64,000 nucleotides of DNA, taken from Klebsormidium nitens (lineage: Eukaryota > Plantae > Klebsormidiophyceae). The notes beneath the pieces are model-generated. The model was given only the letters and a program-made list of their open reading frames with translations, was not told where the DNA came from and did not search any database. Location: contig DF237339.1 in assembly GCA_000708835.1 (NCBI GenBank), forward strand, positions 1 through 64,000, given 5' to 3'. This document shows, piece after piece, positions 35,125-48,600 of the stretch (positions are counted from its first letter, which is position 1; every line of letters starts with the position of its first letter). A program made the position numbers and the translations under genes.

Positions 35125-37040
35125 TCATCGTCTGTTGGAAAATTTCTCCGCCCTTTTCTGTTGCCGTTCGAGCTTTTCCCGCTTCTTCCTCGTTTTTTCG
35201 TCCTCGACATATTCCTGCGAGAAGTTGTTGTACGTCAACGGCGGTTTTATCTTGGTCTGCCACTGATCATCGGATTACGATTTGCCAAGCAAACGGAAGA
35301 TTACTCCTCGGGAAAAAGTTGAGCCTCATTGAGGAAGGATTGCTGGAAAGCTCAGAATAGATGTTGAGAAGTCCAATCGAGCTCAAGTTCCTCACCGGAC
35401 TTGGCGCCAAGAAGTACGGATAGATTATGCCTGTCCACGCTTTATAGAGGGCAAAGGCCGGAATCTGCATCACACAGGAGAAGACCGAGCTTCTTAACAT
35501 GATTAATAGAAGGGACTCAAGCTTTGCTGTCAACAAGATACAAGACTGGAAATGACAAGATGTGGGGAGATCAGAGCTCAACAATTTGTAGGCAGAGGTA
35601 AAATTCAAGCAGCTCTCCTGGCAAATCACCAGTTAATGTAAGATACCAATAGGTTCCTTAGTGGCGATTCCTGTTAAAGTCAAGCTGTTTTCAGGAGATG
35701 AGGAAGGCGATGGGCCACCAGACGAGGCACCATTTTCCATGATGAAAACGAACAACATCGCTTCGTGAGAAGGGGGTAGATAAGAAACGAGAGCTCACCA
35801 CCAACATGAAGTACCAGAACTTGTCTGAAAGAATAGAGCCAATTTGTACAAAGGCTAAGACGTAAATGATGTCATGGTAGTACCTGCAAAGGAACCGAGT
35901 AGTTATTATCGAACTCTAAAGGCGTAGTAGCCTTGTTTCAAGCTCATCTTTGCACAGATCAAGTGCATCTAGAAATGGTGTAGAAGAACTTGAATCTGTT
36001 CACCAACTAAAAAGTACTACAAAAGCTGCGGTACTTAGAAACACCGCAAAGTCCTAACAGCCATGTCTGATTTAACCAAACGTACTCAAACAAACCGCAG
36101 ATTTGGGAATATTTCATTGAAGCAACATCATAAGTGACTGTGAGATTGAAAACCTGCCTCTCAATAAGGCATCCCTCTCTCTTTCAGGACTTACCCAAGA
36201 AGGCCCCCTATGCTCAGATCCGAACCACCATCCATCAGTTCCCCTCTTTCATCGAAAGTAGGGGCTGCCGCGTAAGCTATTGCCTGATAGCAGTAGTAGT
36301 AAGCGAATGACGAAAGGGCAAAGGCGAGCCAGATTTTCCAGCTGGTGGATGAGTAGAAGGCCACCAGCCGCACCAGGATGAAAGCAACCTGAAAAGGACG
36401 GCAAAGTGAGTGTTTCCAGCTGGGTTTCCAGCTTATAATTCAGCTCTAGTATCAAGTATGCTCTTGCGATATTCTTGACAACAAGGTTTTCCAGACGCTC
36501 CTGAACTTCTGTGAGCACAAAAAAAAGAGACGTCTGAAAAAGAGACGTCTTCAGAATTTCCAAATCATGAATTTTGACCAAAAACAACAGTAATTTGCTT
36601 TGAGGGGAGAGCACTGGGCACGAATGTCCAGCTTCCGTGGAGCAGACTGCCACTTCTAACAAAATTTCGTCTTTGTCAGTGGGTCAGTAGCTGGAAGACA
36701 TCTGCAGAAAAGTTGACCACACCACATTAGGATAGCAGCTTGCTAAAAGGGCCAGGACCTGAAGGTGCTGGTAGTATGCTACAGGAAGTTTGAGTAAGGG
36801 TCACCAGCTATCATTCCCCAAAGACGAGCACACTGTCAAAGTTCTAAAAATGAGTGCCTAGATTCTTCTTTGAGGTGTTTCTAAATGGCGGTCAGAAGCC
36901 AGAATTTCGCCCAAAGTCAAAAGCAAGTACTGCATGCCAAAAGAGAAGCTCCTTACGTTTGCACCACCAATAAGCTGCTGCAACAGCCTTATCCTCCTCT
37001 CGTTCTCCTCCTTCCGCTTCTTTGCCCCCTGATTGGCCAT
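35125..37040 (-). CDS. TMEM208: TMEM208/SND2 (DUF788) ER membrane protein, 5 exons
   Basis: MANQGAKKRKEEN...A(A)PTFDERGELMDGGSDLSIGGLLGYYHDIIYV...SDKFWYFMLVIPAFALYKAW...EYVEDEKTRKKREKLERQQKR. GT-AG junctions are in frame. Confidence 0.93.
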
Positions 37041-37623
37041 CTAGTGCACGGGATTGACACCACCTTTGGTCTAAGATGTACAATCTTCCGCCCAGGGCTC
37101 GACCAGCCAAATCCTGATCACTGAACCGAGCAAGTCCACATTCCTGCAAATACCAAGATCAGCTTTGCAAAGCTCGCAGGAACAAGAGGACAGCAGAATC
37201 AGATGTAAACGCCAATTGCTCGCATGAGCGCCCTCCACTGCTGAACATGATTTAAGTGCTCATGACATTGAATGCACCAGATATAGCATGATGCAAAACT
37301 GGGCTCCTTCAAATTCAAGTTCTAGAGTTTGCAGTTGGAACTTGGGAGTACCGTACCTATCTGATGTATGTCAAAGCGCTTATACGACCAAAAGTACCTA
37401 GGTGATATTCGAATTGCGCTGGTGCCCGCCAATTTCGCTTAATACGTTCACAGATAATGAGAACGGCATGAAACTCATTGGGACTTTTGTGCAATTGGCT
37501 ACAAAATGAATTTCACAAGAGCAGTGAGTTTAGCTTATAGGTATACGCCTAATCCATGCGAATATCTTGAAACCTTGGTGCGCTGGGAGTCTTCATCGTG
37601 ACTTGTGACTCCACTCTTCAGTC

Positions 37624-38950
37624 TTAACTTTTAAGTCTGTCAGTGTCAGCCCTTGGAGAAAATGGCGGCAACCACCCTGCAATGAGGCCTGCAGTCGCTA
37701 TGAGCTGTTTAGGGGTCCATGCACTGGCAGCAAGCAGCTTTTCATGAGACAGACGTCTTAAGCAGGACGAAATGATCCAGCAATCTTCTTGTGGTCGATT
37801 CTTGCATAGCTCTGTATAGGCTGGGAGTTGAGAGCGAGTTGTGGCCGATGGAAGGCGAATCAAAGTGGTAAAACTTGGTGTAAGCTGTCGCTCAGCTCTG
37901 CTACCAACTTTGAGCAGAGACCACACCGTAGTTTGGCTACAGCTAGCTCGGGCCTTGGTGAATGTGGAAACAAGTGCAAATGTAGCAAATTGCCCTTGTC
38001 TCTGGCCAGCTTTTCGAAACCTACTCTATTGAACACGGTGGAGTCAATTACAATCACAAAAGGAGCAGTAGAGCACTTTTTGTCCCTACAAGTGATCCAT
38101 ACCTGGTGAGCAGCCTCTTCCATTTCTCCAGGCGTGCTGTTATTCTGATGTGTATCTTGTCTTGCTTGAATCTGCCTCTTGGGTGACAGTATGAGATCCA
38201 TAATTGTGCCTCGTCGTCTCTCAAAACACTTTGCCATCTTTGGAAACACGTTTGGTATTCGTAGTTCTACGTGCATTCTGTACCACTGCAGCATTAGTGA
38301 GAATATTAGTGTGCAGGTCAGGCCAAAGAGTTAGGGACAATAAGCATGACTACTCAAAACCAGAATGCTTTTGTTGGTCGAGTGCAGACTATCAACACTT
38401 GCCCCATTACATATTTTTGAGTGTTGTCGTGGCCGTTTCTTGACGTCAATAGCTATCGTCCAGATTGCTGGGGCGTAGCTTATGACATCACTTCAATCTT
38501 GAAGCATCTTGAATCCACGTTTTTAGCCCCAAAGGATCAAGTGGTGATCGTGGCCATTTGGTGACCATCAAGGAAGGTCAAACTCTATCTAATTGACTGT
38601 TTCTAAGCAAGGTAGAACGTGTCGCTTAGTATCCTGCATTGAGTTTCTAACGGGAGCTACGAAACGTGCTCGTCGCTGGCGGTATTATCATTTGGCGCTT
38701 GGTTTACATTGATGATGTCATACTGGGGTAGACTCTGAAATGCCATCATTACAATATAGGTGACGCCGCAAGTTCTCCGCCCATTCTGCACCCCAAGCTT
38801 TGATGGCTCCTGAGAGCCCTTGCCCCGAATTGTCTGTCCCCCGCTTCATTGGTCTCCTCACATTATTTGCGCAACCACTTTCTAAAATTACCCTCCGCTG
38901 CATGTAGAGTATCGCTTCATAGACACAAGCTGGAATATGCCGCAAATAAC
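37624..38950 (-). other. Possible exons of an unannotated orphan gene or gene remnant
   Basis: Exon-like segments at about 38893-38950 (YLRHIPACVYEAILYMQRR, flanked by acacag and gtaatt) and about 38102-38286 (WYRMHVELRIPNVFPKMAK...EEAAHQ, flanked by ctaatgctgcag and gtatgg) are phase-compatible. No family recognised. Confidence 0.25.
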
Positions 38951-40009
38951 CTGTGTTTAGTAACTTTCCTGTTCGAATCGAGGGAACCTACTCAGCAGGT
39001 CCCATTCACTGATAGGCAAAGACGGCACAGTCTGCAGAGACCGACAGCTCAAAGAGTCTACTGGAGCTTCTCATACTGGTTGATTATGAAGTGTCGCCTC
39101 GTGTCGGCTGATGGGGGTATATGGCACCGAGGTTGCTGAAGAATTGAGTTGTGCATTAAGCAGGCTGGCTAACATCAAGCGATTGCGAAATCCCTGCATT
39201 GCAAGGGACTCTTTGGCCCCTTCCTTCCTTACGCCCCCAACTTTTGGGATTTGAGCTTCTGCATGCAAAGCGTTTCAACCGCCCCACTCCTTTCCTCTTG
39301 CTTTCCCGGCAACTCAACTGGAAAATATGGACCGAAGCTGACGCAGCTCTCTCTTGTCACAGGGGCAGCAATCGGGGCAGTCCCGACGGCGCACTACTGC
39401 GATAAGCGATGTCAGAGAGAAGAGACGCTGAGTTTGAGAGGGGGACAGGCGCCAGATAGCAGGCGAGGTTCTGGGGGGGCTGGATTTGCAATGGAGCTGA
39501 GAAGCTGCGCCTTTGATGGAAGGCTATAAACGGCTGGGGAGCGTGGGGAAAGAGCACACTAAGCCCTTCTGGCATCGACAATCTGGCGCGATGATGGGAC
39601 TTCACCGAGAGGCCTGGGGAAGGCGGTGCTAGGTGCTGCTGCAGGGGTGAACTCGGGAATTGTGCACCCTCAGGAGGGGGGCACCAGAATAAGGGTGGGC
39701 TGATTGGAGCCTTCGTGGGTGAAAGAACGGCGGACGAAACAAGACGGCAGACAGCGTTTAGCTTCCCCCTCTGCACTCAAAAGACACATTCTTCACCTCT
39801 CTCTACACTTTGGTTCAGAAATAATCCCTTTCCCTCCTGGTTCGTCATAGCGTACAGAGTCTCCGCACCCGCTTTGTGCCTCTCAAGCTTACACAGGTGT
39901 TTCCCCCCTCTCGGGGGGTCCCAACAAGACGGGCCTGCTGCGCCGGCCCCGGCCGGGCGGGAGGCATCGGGTGATCGCCCTGGGGTTTGCATGGCCTGCT
40001 AGCGAGGGG

Positions 40010-41296
40010 ATGGAGGGCCACCCCCCGGCCCCCAGGACGAACCTCGGGGAACTGAAGAAGAAGCTGCTGAGCGTGTTGGGCGCGCAGGTCGAGGGGCAGT
40101 ACTGGGCGCTCCTGCGGGGGTACTTTGCGCTGAAGCTCACGCGGAGCGAGCTCGATGTGCTGGTGCCCAAGACGATCGGGCGCGACAACCTGTGGCTGCA
40201 CAACCGGTTCATCCGCGCGATCTACAACAATGCGGTGTGCCGGGAGGCGCCGCCCGAGGAGCGCAAGGGCAAGCGCGGGAAGAAGCCGCCGCCGGTGGCG
40301 CTGCCGCCGCTGTCGCGGGAGGAGTCCGAGGACGAGGTTAAGGAGGTCAAGGCAAACGGGGTTTTGGGGCATGACCGGGGCAGGGCGGCGAGGGTCGGGA
40401 AACGGAGCAAAGACAGCAAACGGAAGCGGGTGGAAGCGCCCGTATGGGAAGACAAGGCGTCGGTGGTGGAGAGTCGGTTGCACCCGGAGCCGGGCAGGGC
40501 GGCGCCGTCCGGGGAGTTTGGGGGATCCCCCCCGACGCCGATCCTCAAGAAGCGGAGGAAAGACCGGGAGCGGAGACGAGAAACGAAGAGCCCGCTCGGG
40601 GACATGGAACTGCCGACGCCCAAGGTCCCGTTGCAGCAGCCGTTGGCGGAGGATCGAGAGGCGGAAGCAGCTGAGACGCGGGAAGAGGCGGTTGATGACG
40701 TCAGCGACGAGGAGGATGTCGTCATGCTGAGTCGGGAGCCGGTGCGGCCGCCGCTCGGGATCCCGTTCCGGGCGCCGAGCGTCGGGCGGAGTTTGCTGCT
40801 GAGGCTGCCGCAGAAGGGAGCCCCCCGAAACGCGTACAGCGCTTTGGGGGAGTCATACGAGCACTGTTTGGACGGGGGGGAGCTGCCAACACGGCCTGCG
40901 CTGCAGAGACGGATGGGTGCGATCGCGGCGGCCGGCGGGGGGCTGCAGGGTGTCGCGAGAGAGAGCGTCGAGTTGATGGAGCATGCGCTAGACCAGTACC
41001 TGAAGTCGATCCTCGGGACCTGCGTACAGCTGGCGCGGGCTCGGAGGAAACGGGACAAGGACAAGCGGGTAAAAAGCTTGCAGAGTTCAGGCCCTGTTTC
41101 TGGCGGTGTTGTGGGGGCGTTGCCAGGCGCGGGTCCTGCGTCGAGCGAGGCGACAGGGCCCTGTACAGGTGATCCGGTGATGGAAGAGGACGAGCTGGTC
41201 TCGGTCAGAGACCTGATGACCGCGGTAGAGATTAACCCACAATTGCTCGGTGACGAGCTAGCGATCAATCTTGAACGGATAGCCATGCTACTGTAA
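40010..41296 (+). CDS. ADA1: SAGA complex subunit ADA1/HFI1 (SAGA-Tad1 domain), single exon, about 428 aa
   Basis: N-terminus RTNLGELKKKL..LG....QYWALLRGYFALKLTRSELD...TIGRDNLWLHNRFIRAIYNNA. C-terminal histone-fold-like region ELPTRPALQRRM...GLQGVARESVELMEHALDQYLKSILGTC...VSVRDLMTAVEINPQLLGD. Confidence 0.9.
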   Translation: MEGHPPAPRTNLGELKKKLLSVLGAQVEGQYWALLRGYFALKLTRSELDVLVPKTIGRDNLWLHNRFIRAIYNNAVCREAPPEERKGKRGKKPPPVALPPLSREESEDEVKEVKANGVLGHDRGRAARVGKRSKDSKRKRVEAPVWEDKASVVESRLHPEPGRAAPSGEFGGSPPTPILKKRRKDRERRRETKSPLGDMELPTPKVPLQQPLAEDREAEAAETREEAVDDVSDEEDVVMLSREPVRPPLGIPFRAPSVGRSLLLRLPQKGAPRNAYSALGESYEHCLDGGELPTRPALQRRMGAIAAAGGGLQGVARESVELMEHALDQYLKSILGTCVQLARARRKRDKDKRVKSLQSSGPVSGGVVGALPGAGPASSEATGPCTGDPVMEEDELVSVRDLMTAVEINPQLLGDELAINLERIAMLL

Positions 41297-42615
41297 AATA
41301 GAGATATATCGAGAGGCTACCATCCGTGGTCTCATGCAAGGTCAGGTAGAGTCTGCAAGAACGCAGTGCATGGACGGAGGTTCTCTGATCAAGTCGGCCT
41401 CAAGGCCGTACACTCCTGCATCCTCGCCATGCCCACAATGTTCCTCTTATTGCAATGTTTTGGGGGCTGCTAGTAGCGGTGAGCCGAACAGAAAGGTCTG
41501 AATCTATGATATACGCCCCGCGCGTGTTACATCTGCATGATCAGAAAATCTTATTGAATTCTGAATAATATAGCCGCGCATGTGGGCTGCTTGACCATGG
41601 CGGCTGAGTCCACACTTTTTGTACTGGCGGCCGCCTATTTGCAACTTTGGTACGCGTGGACCGTACATGGTCGAAAAGACAGATCTAGCTGCGTTCACCA
41701 TCAGCACGCGTATGCGGGAGCTTAATATAGAGCAATATATAAAACCGTTACGTACAGGGTATAAACCCAATTTCTCACAGTGGACGTCCTCATCGTATAC
41801 ATCACTGAAGCATCGTTCGTGCACGCGGCTAGTGGAGATTGTTGCCCAAAGTTGATCGATGATTGATTGCATGGCGTGCATCCAGGTGATAGCTTGGTGG
41901 GATGTGAGTCCAACCGGGTGTATAAAGTCATGCACCGTCGCGGACAAGAATGCGAGCTATGATGATAATTATGTGACGGCGGCCGCTGGTAGTATAGTAG
42001 GATGCTGTCCAGCATGCAGTGCTTATACAGACGGTGACTTCAGTGTGCCGGCCGCTACTCGTAGCGACCATGCAGGCACCATGGCCGCACCTTTCTAAAT
42101 CCTTTAGTGCATTAACGGATTATAGCAGACTTGATTCGACCAAGTCTTCCACACCACGCTACGGTCATCGAAGCGGCCATCCGAAGTCCAATTTGTTCTA
42201 TTGACTGAGCAATGTGAAAGAGGCGGTCTATCAACGGGCGAAGCTCGTGCATAAAGATCGACAATGATTGACAACAAGAGACAAGAGGCAGAGCGCGTCA
42301 GTGCGGCGGGCGCTGGAATCCTCGAGCGCCGATCAGAGGGGAGGCACAAGCTTTGGCCAGACGGACAAGCTTTCACTTGCATATTCAAGTTAGATAAGCT
42401 GTGCATATGCCTTACTCAACCTTCGTGACTGCCACGGTGTCGTCAAGCTAACTTTCCTTGTCGGCGCCCAAGTTTAGGGCTCCTTGAGTAGACGATGACT
42501 CCTTTCCCTGTCAAGAAAAACGGATCACGTCAGCTCGGCATACCTATCTGGATGACTCGTGCGGGCTGGAAGCCTGCTTCGTGCCCAGTCGACGGGGCCG
42601 TGAAGTCCGACGAAA

Positions 42616-45600
42616 TCATCCCGAACGGGTTTTGTTAACCCAATCCATTATGCGGCCTCTGCTCACCTTCCTGTGGTCCGCTAACCAGCCGTTTATTTTG
42701 GCCCACATCGCCTCTTCCTGGCGCTCCTTCTCCGTTGCCACTTTCGCATCCTCGACCGCTTCGCTCCAGTCGAAAAACGAGCGGCTCAGGAGGGACCTGC
42801 AGATATCGATTCGGATCATGAGTCGGTCATCCTAAGTTGTCGTGGAGCAGTTTGGCTGTCTCCACAGCAGGATTCCGGTGCAAAGACCGTTTTCGATGCG
42901 AGAACTGTCCTTTGACGTGCTAGGGTAATGTAAGAGAGGACCGGCCTTCGTCCATTGGCATGGCTTGCCTGGCAGAGAAAAGGCGATTCTAATTGCGAGA
43001 CGGGAGGAATGTAAGGTATCAATCCTCCGGCTTTGCTAATCAAGCACTCATTGGTGGACAAAAGTCGACGTTCCACGAAGACACGCATCGGGGCAGCCAA
43101 AGAGATTCCGAAAAAAATTCTGCTGCTGCTGTAGGCTTACCGATGCGCGAAGCGGTCCGCCAGAGCGGCGTCCGCCACCTCCTTCAGAAGCCGCACGTCG
43201 CGCCCCTCCTCCGCGCGCGCGCGCCAGCCCCTCCAGGCGCGTGCCTGAAGCGAGCGCGCCCGCCACGCGGCCGCGGCTTCGCACCGTTCGCGGCCGGCCG
43301 CGACAGCCTGCACATTGTCAATTGTGACAAGTCGTTGGTTCAATAATATGATACTTAGAGAGGCAAAGGAACTAGGAGTATGAGAAAGAAGTCGGTGGCA
43401 ATTGGAAGCGATTGTTCAGCGGGTGTGACGCTGAAAAGGACTTTCTAGAGAGTATGAGGTCCAATGGAAGACCACTCAGAAGCTCGTAGCTTTGCGGAAT
43501 GGTTGAGAAACCTGCTGCAAAACCATGTTTCCGGCGGAAGCTTTGGATCCCGAGATGGCTGGGTTAAACTTGGCCGATATTGTAAGGACGAATAAGAAAA
43601 GCTCAGTTATTTGATTCTCAAAGCTCCGTGTTCGAAGCACGTTGTACCTACAGAAAGTGATGTCTCGGGATCGAAAGACCTCAAGCAGAAAGGGAACTCG
43701 ACGTGCGTGCCTGCTGTCCTTAGATAGCCGCAGAGAAAACAGAGCGACCACGGCAAGTGTTTTACAACAGAAGAAAATGGGAATGTAAAGAAGTGGGGAA
43801 AGAACCTTGCCTCCTGCAGGCAGCGCACCGCGCGCGCCATACTACTCCGGTCGCCCTGCTTGCGCGCTGTGCGCACGAGGCGCCACCACGCAAAAGCGCG
43901 CGCGCTCGTGCGCGTACGCCAGTGGTCACGGGCCGTCTCTAATCGCGCGCACTCTTCGCGCTCGCGCTCATCGCGCGCCGCCTCCAAGTGCGCCCGCCAG
44001 GCGTGCCACGTGGCGCGTTGCAGGGAGCGCTGATGGTGGGCGACGGAGGAGAGGAAGCGTGTCCTGAGTTTTGAAAGAGAGACAGACGAGCTCAATCCGA
44101 CCGAAAGCCCAGAGAAAAGCTGCTTAAACGTGAGCAAAGAGACCCAACGAAGTTCAACGCTCGACGAAAGCGAAGCGGCACGCAGGGAAGTCCACGACGA
44201 GGCCCTCGGCAATGAATCATTTCAGGCTCAGTCCATTCGGGTTCTAGACCCTGAATAACACAAGAAAAAAAATGATTTAGCGGGGAATCTAACGGCTCGC
44301 CCGCTACATGGGGTTGCTACATCGAAAAATACCCGTCTGCTGCTCATTTCGCCAGGGCGAGCCGTGAACACTAGCCCGGAGAGGCCAGATAGCAGCCCTC
44401 TTAAAAAGTGTGAAATTATTTGCTCACCACCACCTATTCCCTGGAGTGACTGTGTATCTAAGGAAAACTACTGTGGTTCTTCATCGAGTTTTTTTTTTCT
44501 TAAAATTTGAGGATTTCTTTCTATTTTGGGAAATATACAACTCCGTTCATGGATGATTACATCTCCTCATGAATGATCGAAAATGTAAACCCTGATCTGG
44601 GATTTAATCATCTTTGCTTGGACATCGCTGTGGCTCAATAAGAAAGACTCGCAGTCTCTCGCGTGTGTTATCACTGGACGCTCTAGACTACATACCTGGC
44701 CACGACGATTACTTCCCGCCAAGGCCGCCACCCCAAACGGAGCATCACTTGGCGCTTGCAGTGCAGTTTAGCCAGCACCATTTGCTGAGCCGCCAGTTCT
44801 TTCCTCTTTAGGGCAGCCTCTTCAGCCTCCTTTTTTGCGCGCGCGTCCTCCACCTTGCGCGCGAGCGCGGCCGCCCGCTCGAGCCGCTCGGCCTCGAGGC
44901 GCAGCCGCTCCGCGGCCGCGTGCTCCTCCTGCAGACCGAAGGGTTTTAGGGTCTCAAAAAATGAGACGGCAAGATGCAAGATAGTGATTACAGCAGGTCT
45001 TTTGCGGGATCAGAAAATGCCCTTCGGCATACCTCATGTCAGCGTCATTGGTGACAATCGCAGTGGCCAACACCAACCAGGGGCGCCAAGGGCATGCTGG
45101 AAAAAAGTTTGGCAAACAGATTGCAGCTTTCCGGCCAATCCTGGCGTGCCAGCGCATTGGTGAAGTGCCTTGCATCCGGTTCGAGAATGCCCACGGGTTG
45201 ATACAGGGGGCTTCAGTAGCAGGCTAAGTCCTTGCAGAGTCACCGTTTACTCACCTCTTTTCTCTTCTGCGCCTCTTCGTATTTCCGCTTCAGCTCCTCT
45301 CGCCGCCGCCGACGCGCGGCCGCACGCTCCTCCATCTTTTCCACTGGATCACCGTTCACGTTCACCAAAAGATCATCCCCGTCGCGCGCGTCGGCTCCGC
45401 GTGCGCCGATATCCGAACCTCTCCCTAAACTTTCCGGAGGGGCCTGGGCAGAAATCCACCCCCCCTCGGTAAGTTCCATCCTGTCGTCCTCGTCGGTGTG
45501 GCGATTGCTCGGTGTAGGGGCAGAGAAGGGCTGCCGAGTGTCCGAAGTCTCCTTGTCCTCGGCGCGCACGCGCGCGCGCGCCGGTGCTCTAAGCGAGCTT

Positions 45601-48600
45601 TCAAAGCTGGGGGTATCGCTTCGCGCAGCTTCGGATTCTACAGCCTCAGCCAAAGCCGATTCTGTACCCCTCACTAACCCCGTTTGCACAGCAGGGGCAG
45701 TTTCCGCCGCCCGCATCCCGTTTGCACCGGCCCGGTCGTGCCCTTTCGCACCTAATCCCTTCGCCTCATCCCGTCCGGTGTGAAAAGCCCGCTCGTTCCC
45801 CTCTACGACGTCCGCATACTCCGTCAAGTGCACCGGAAACGGACCTTCGCCCGCGTCCGAACCCTCTCGGTACACCACCACTGACTCGGTAGAGACCACA
45901 CCTGGTCGCAGCAAACCAGTCGGGGCGGCGTATTCACACCGGTCGCTTCCCCCGGTCGCTTCTGTCGGGCGCAATTCCGGCGGAACGGTGCCCGGGGCGT
46001 CGACCTCCCCCGCCCGGTACTTGCGGTCCTTCCACAGAAGAGACAGGCGAAGCGCGTCCTGCTTACTGAGGAGCGCGCGCATCTTGTGACTGCGCGCAGC
46101 GTGCTGGGCTTGGACCTCCTTCTTGAGGCCTGTGAAGAGACGGACAATAACAATCAAGCAAGACAAGTTGGAGACATTTCAGTGAAGTCTCAAGGGATGA
46201 AAAGGTTCCGGAGGCTTGCAATTTACGGGCGCGATGCTTCCAGCTTGCTGAAGTTCGCGCGCGCTTTGTGACTGCGCGCACTTTGCTGGGTTGTGACCTC
46301 CTTCTGAAGGCCTACGAGTTGTCGTCTTTCATTGTTAGTGAGCTTGTCCGACGCTGCAGTCAGGATATTACAAACCTCACCCTCTGATCCGCGAGAATGC
46401 ATACTCAAGACTTGGGCCTTTGGATTGTTCGCCAAAAGCCGGCGACCTAAAGCCGCCCGTTCACTTTATGGACGCTAAATCAGCGCAATGAAAGTCACTA
46501 CAATCAGCCCACCAGTGAGAGGACCGAACGGCAAGCGCCCAAGCAGCAGAGTCTAGTCCGACTAGCCCTCTTTGCTGCCGGCATTTTGCTACAGCGTGCA
46601 GATGCAGTACAAACGATATTTCTAAGATTCAAATCGGATAGTGGATCAACTCACGCTCTTTGCTACCGAAGTCCTGCCAGAGGATGAAGGCCTGCGACAG
46701 CAGTCGGAGCCGCCAGTGGTGGACCGCTCGCTGCCGCTTCGACGCTTCGGCCCGCAGTTCGGCCTCCAGGAGTTCTTTCGCCCTGAGGGAGGGACGTCAG
46801 AATCAGTCAGTGACGTCATGCTAAGGTCAGCAAGTACGGGAGGAGGTAACGTCTTCCGTCAGGAATGAGCAGGTGAACGATCCTCAGAAACATCGGAGAT
46901 TGGTTGGGCCTCTGATCACGTCTTTGGCAAAGCTCGCAGCGAATGGAGACTCAAGAGTTTCTGACAAGCCGGCAGCCGTATCTCCCCACAATCTCTTTTT
47001 ACGTCGTTTGGTTTAGAAGCTAATCGACCTGGTAGACCAGCGTTCGTAGGATCGATGGAAGTACTGCAACGTATTTTCCCCTTATGTCACCTGAATTTCA
47101 GAGACCAGGCCCCCAAAAGTCGCCGGAAAGAACTCCAGGCACAAAAATCTGGAAGCAGGGATGTAAAGTTTACCTGTCGTCCTTTCCCTTTTGAACTTCT
47201 TCCCGCCACGCTCGCCAGAATAGCGTCATCCGCCGCCATTGTAGGACGATCTGCATGACGTCAAATTCGTCAGCGGTCCTCCGAGTATCTCCTCAAAACC
47301 TCCCTTACAAGAAGTCGAATGGAGACCTGGTTGGAGGGGAGCAGGAACTAAAAGAACTTTGCAGAGCGGAGAGACTTCGATCTGATTCTGAACCGCAACA
47401 CAACGACAAAGGACAGGGTGTTTTCTGCGACAGTGGCAATCAAATCAAGGTCTGCCTTGCACGCACAAGGAGGTGTCATTATCCTTCAACCGGAAGGTTC
47501 AAACACAAGTTCTATCCGTCTGTGCGCCGTTCTTGAAGCATATCGAACGTTTCATTAGAGGCGCTTTTGACAACATTTGCGCGCAGCCGACCACGGCACT
47601 CCACTCAGACAAATCTTTATGCCTCTTGCTTTTAAAACGCAGGCCACTCACCATTGCTCTTTGCAGGGGCGCGCGCGCACTCACGGCCACGGCTCGCCAC
47701 GTGGACCACGCCAGGCGCAGCGCGCGCTTGTCTTTGGTCGCGAGCAGCAGCTCCAGAGTGGTTTTGAGCTCTTTGTCGCGGAGGGCCTCCGCCGCCTCTA
47801 GTTGCTGTGCGGCCAGCGCGGTAGCAGCCGCCTCCTCCAAAGCAAGCCTAAACAAGAAGATTCCTTCATGCTTCAAGAATCATACGCGTATAGAACTTCT
47901 GACGAATCCCAAGCGCTGAAAGATCTCAATCAAGCTCAAAGTCCTCGAATCAATGAGACAAGCGTTAAAAGTAGTAAGACGGCCAGCCTAGGAGGGATGG
48001 GGAATATTGAAAAGTTCGCGTGGGTACGTGCGCAGAGCAACTGATCGCTAGGGTGAGAGTGTCAGTGTTGGTTGCGGACTTGCCAGTACCATCCGTAATG
48101 GAGGCGTCTTCAAGACCTCCCACTTGTGAAACAGATGTCGAAGTGCTGCAACGGTTTAGAATGCTGTAAAAGTTCATACTTTCTCAAGGAAAAGAGGTCC
48201 AGCTCCGAGCACCTGGTTTTTGGCGCTTCGGAGGAAACGTTGTAAGCAAGTCTCAAAGACGTCCGCTTCAGTACAGGGGAACCAATGACAAAGATTTGCG
48301 TAGAGCAGCCTGCCGAATACCGACCCGCTCGCACGAGTTTGCAGCAACGTTGAGGCAAGCAATCCTTGCCGAAAGGGTTTAAGGACGAGAAAGCATTGTG
48401 TCTCTTCGCAACCATTTCGCAGCTACCTGCCCTCTCATCCGTTCGCGGTAGAGCGCTCCTAAAGAAGCGCGCCGAAATGACTTTCACGGTCGGCTCATGC
48501 GAAGGAAGAACCAACCCAGCCATAAGCCGTGGCAGAGCCTGCTTGCGTTGTACCGCGGCAGAGTCTTGGTGCGAAGCAACCTCGGGAAGCATCATTACAG

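Noticed and set aside
911-37040. Apparent cluster of ER/trafficking genes (membrin, BLOS1, VPS15, SelS-like, TMEM208)
   Set aside because: They belong to different pathways and are interspersed with unrelated genes; housekeeping-gene density explains it without synteny evidence.
40010-41296. Intronless ADA1 as a retrogene
   Set aside because: No poly(A) remnant or TSD seen, and the plant ADA1 homologues I recall are also single-exon.
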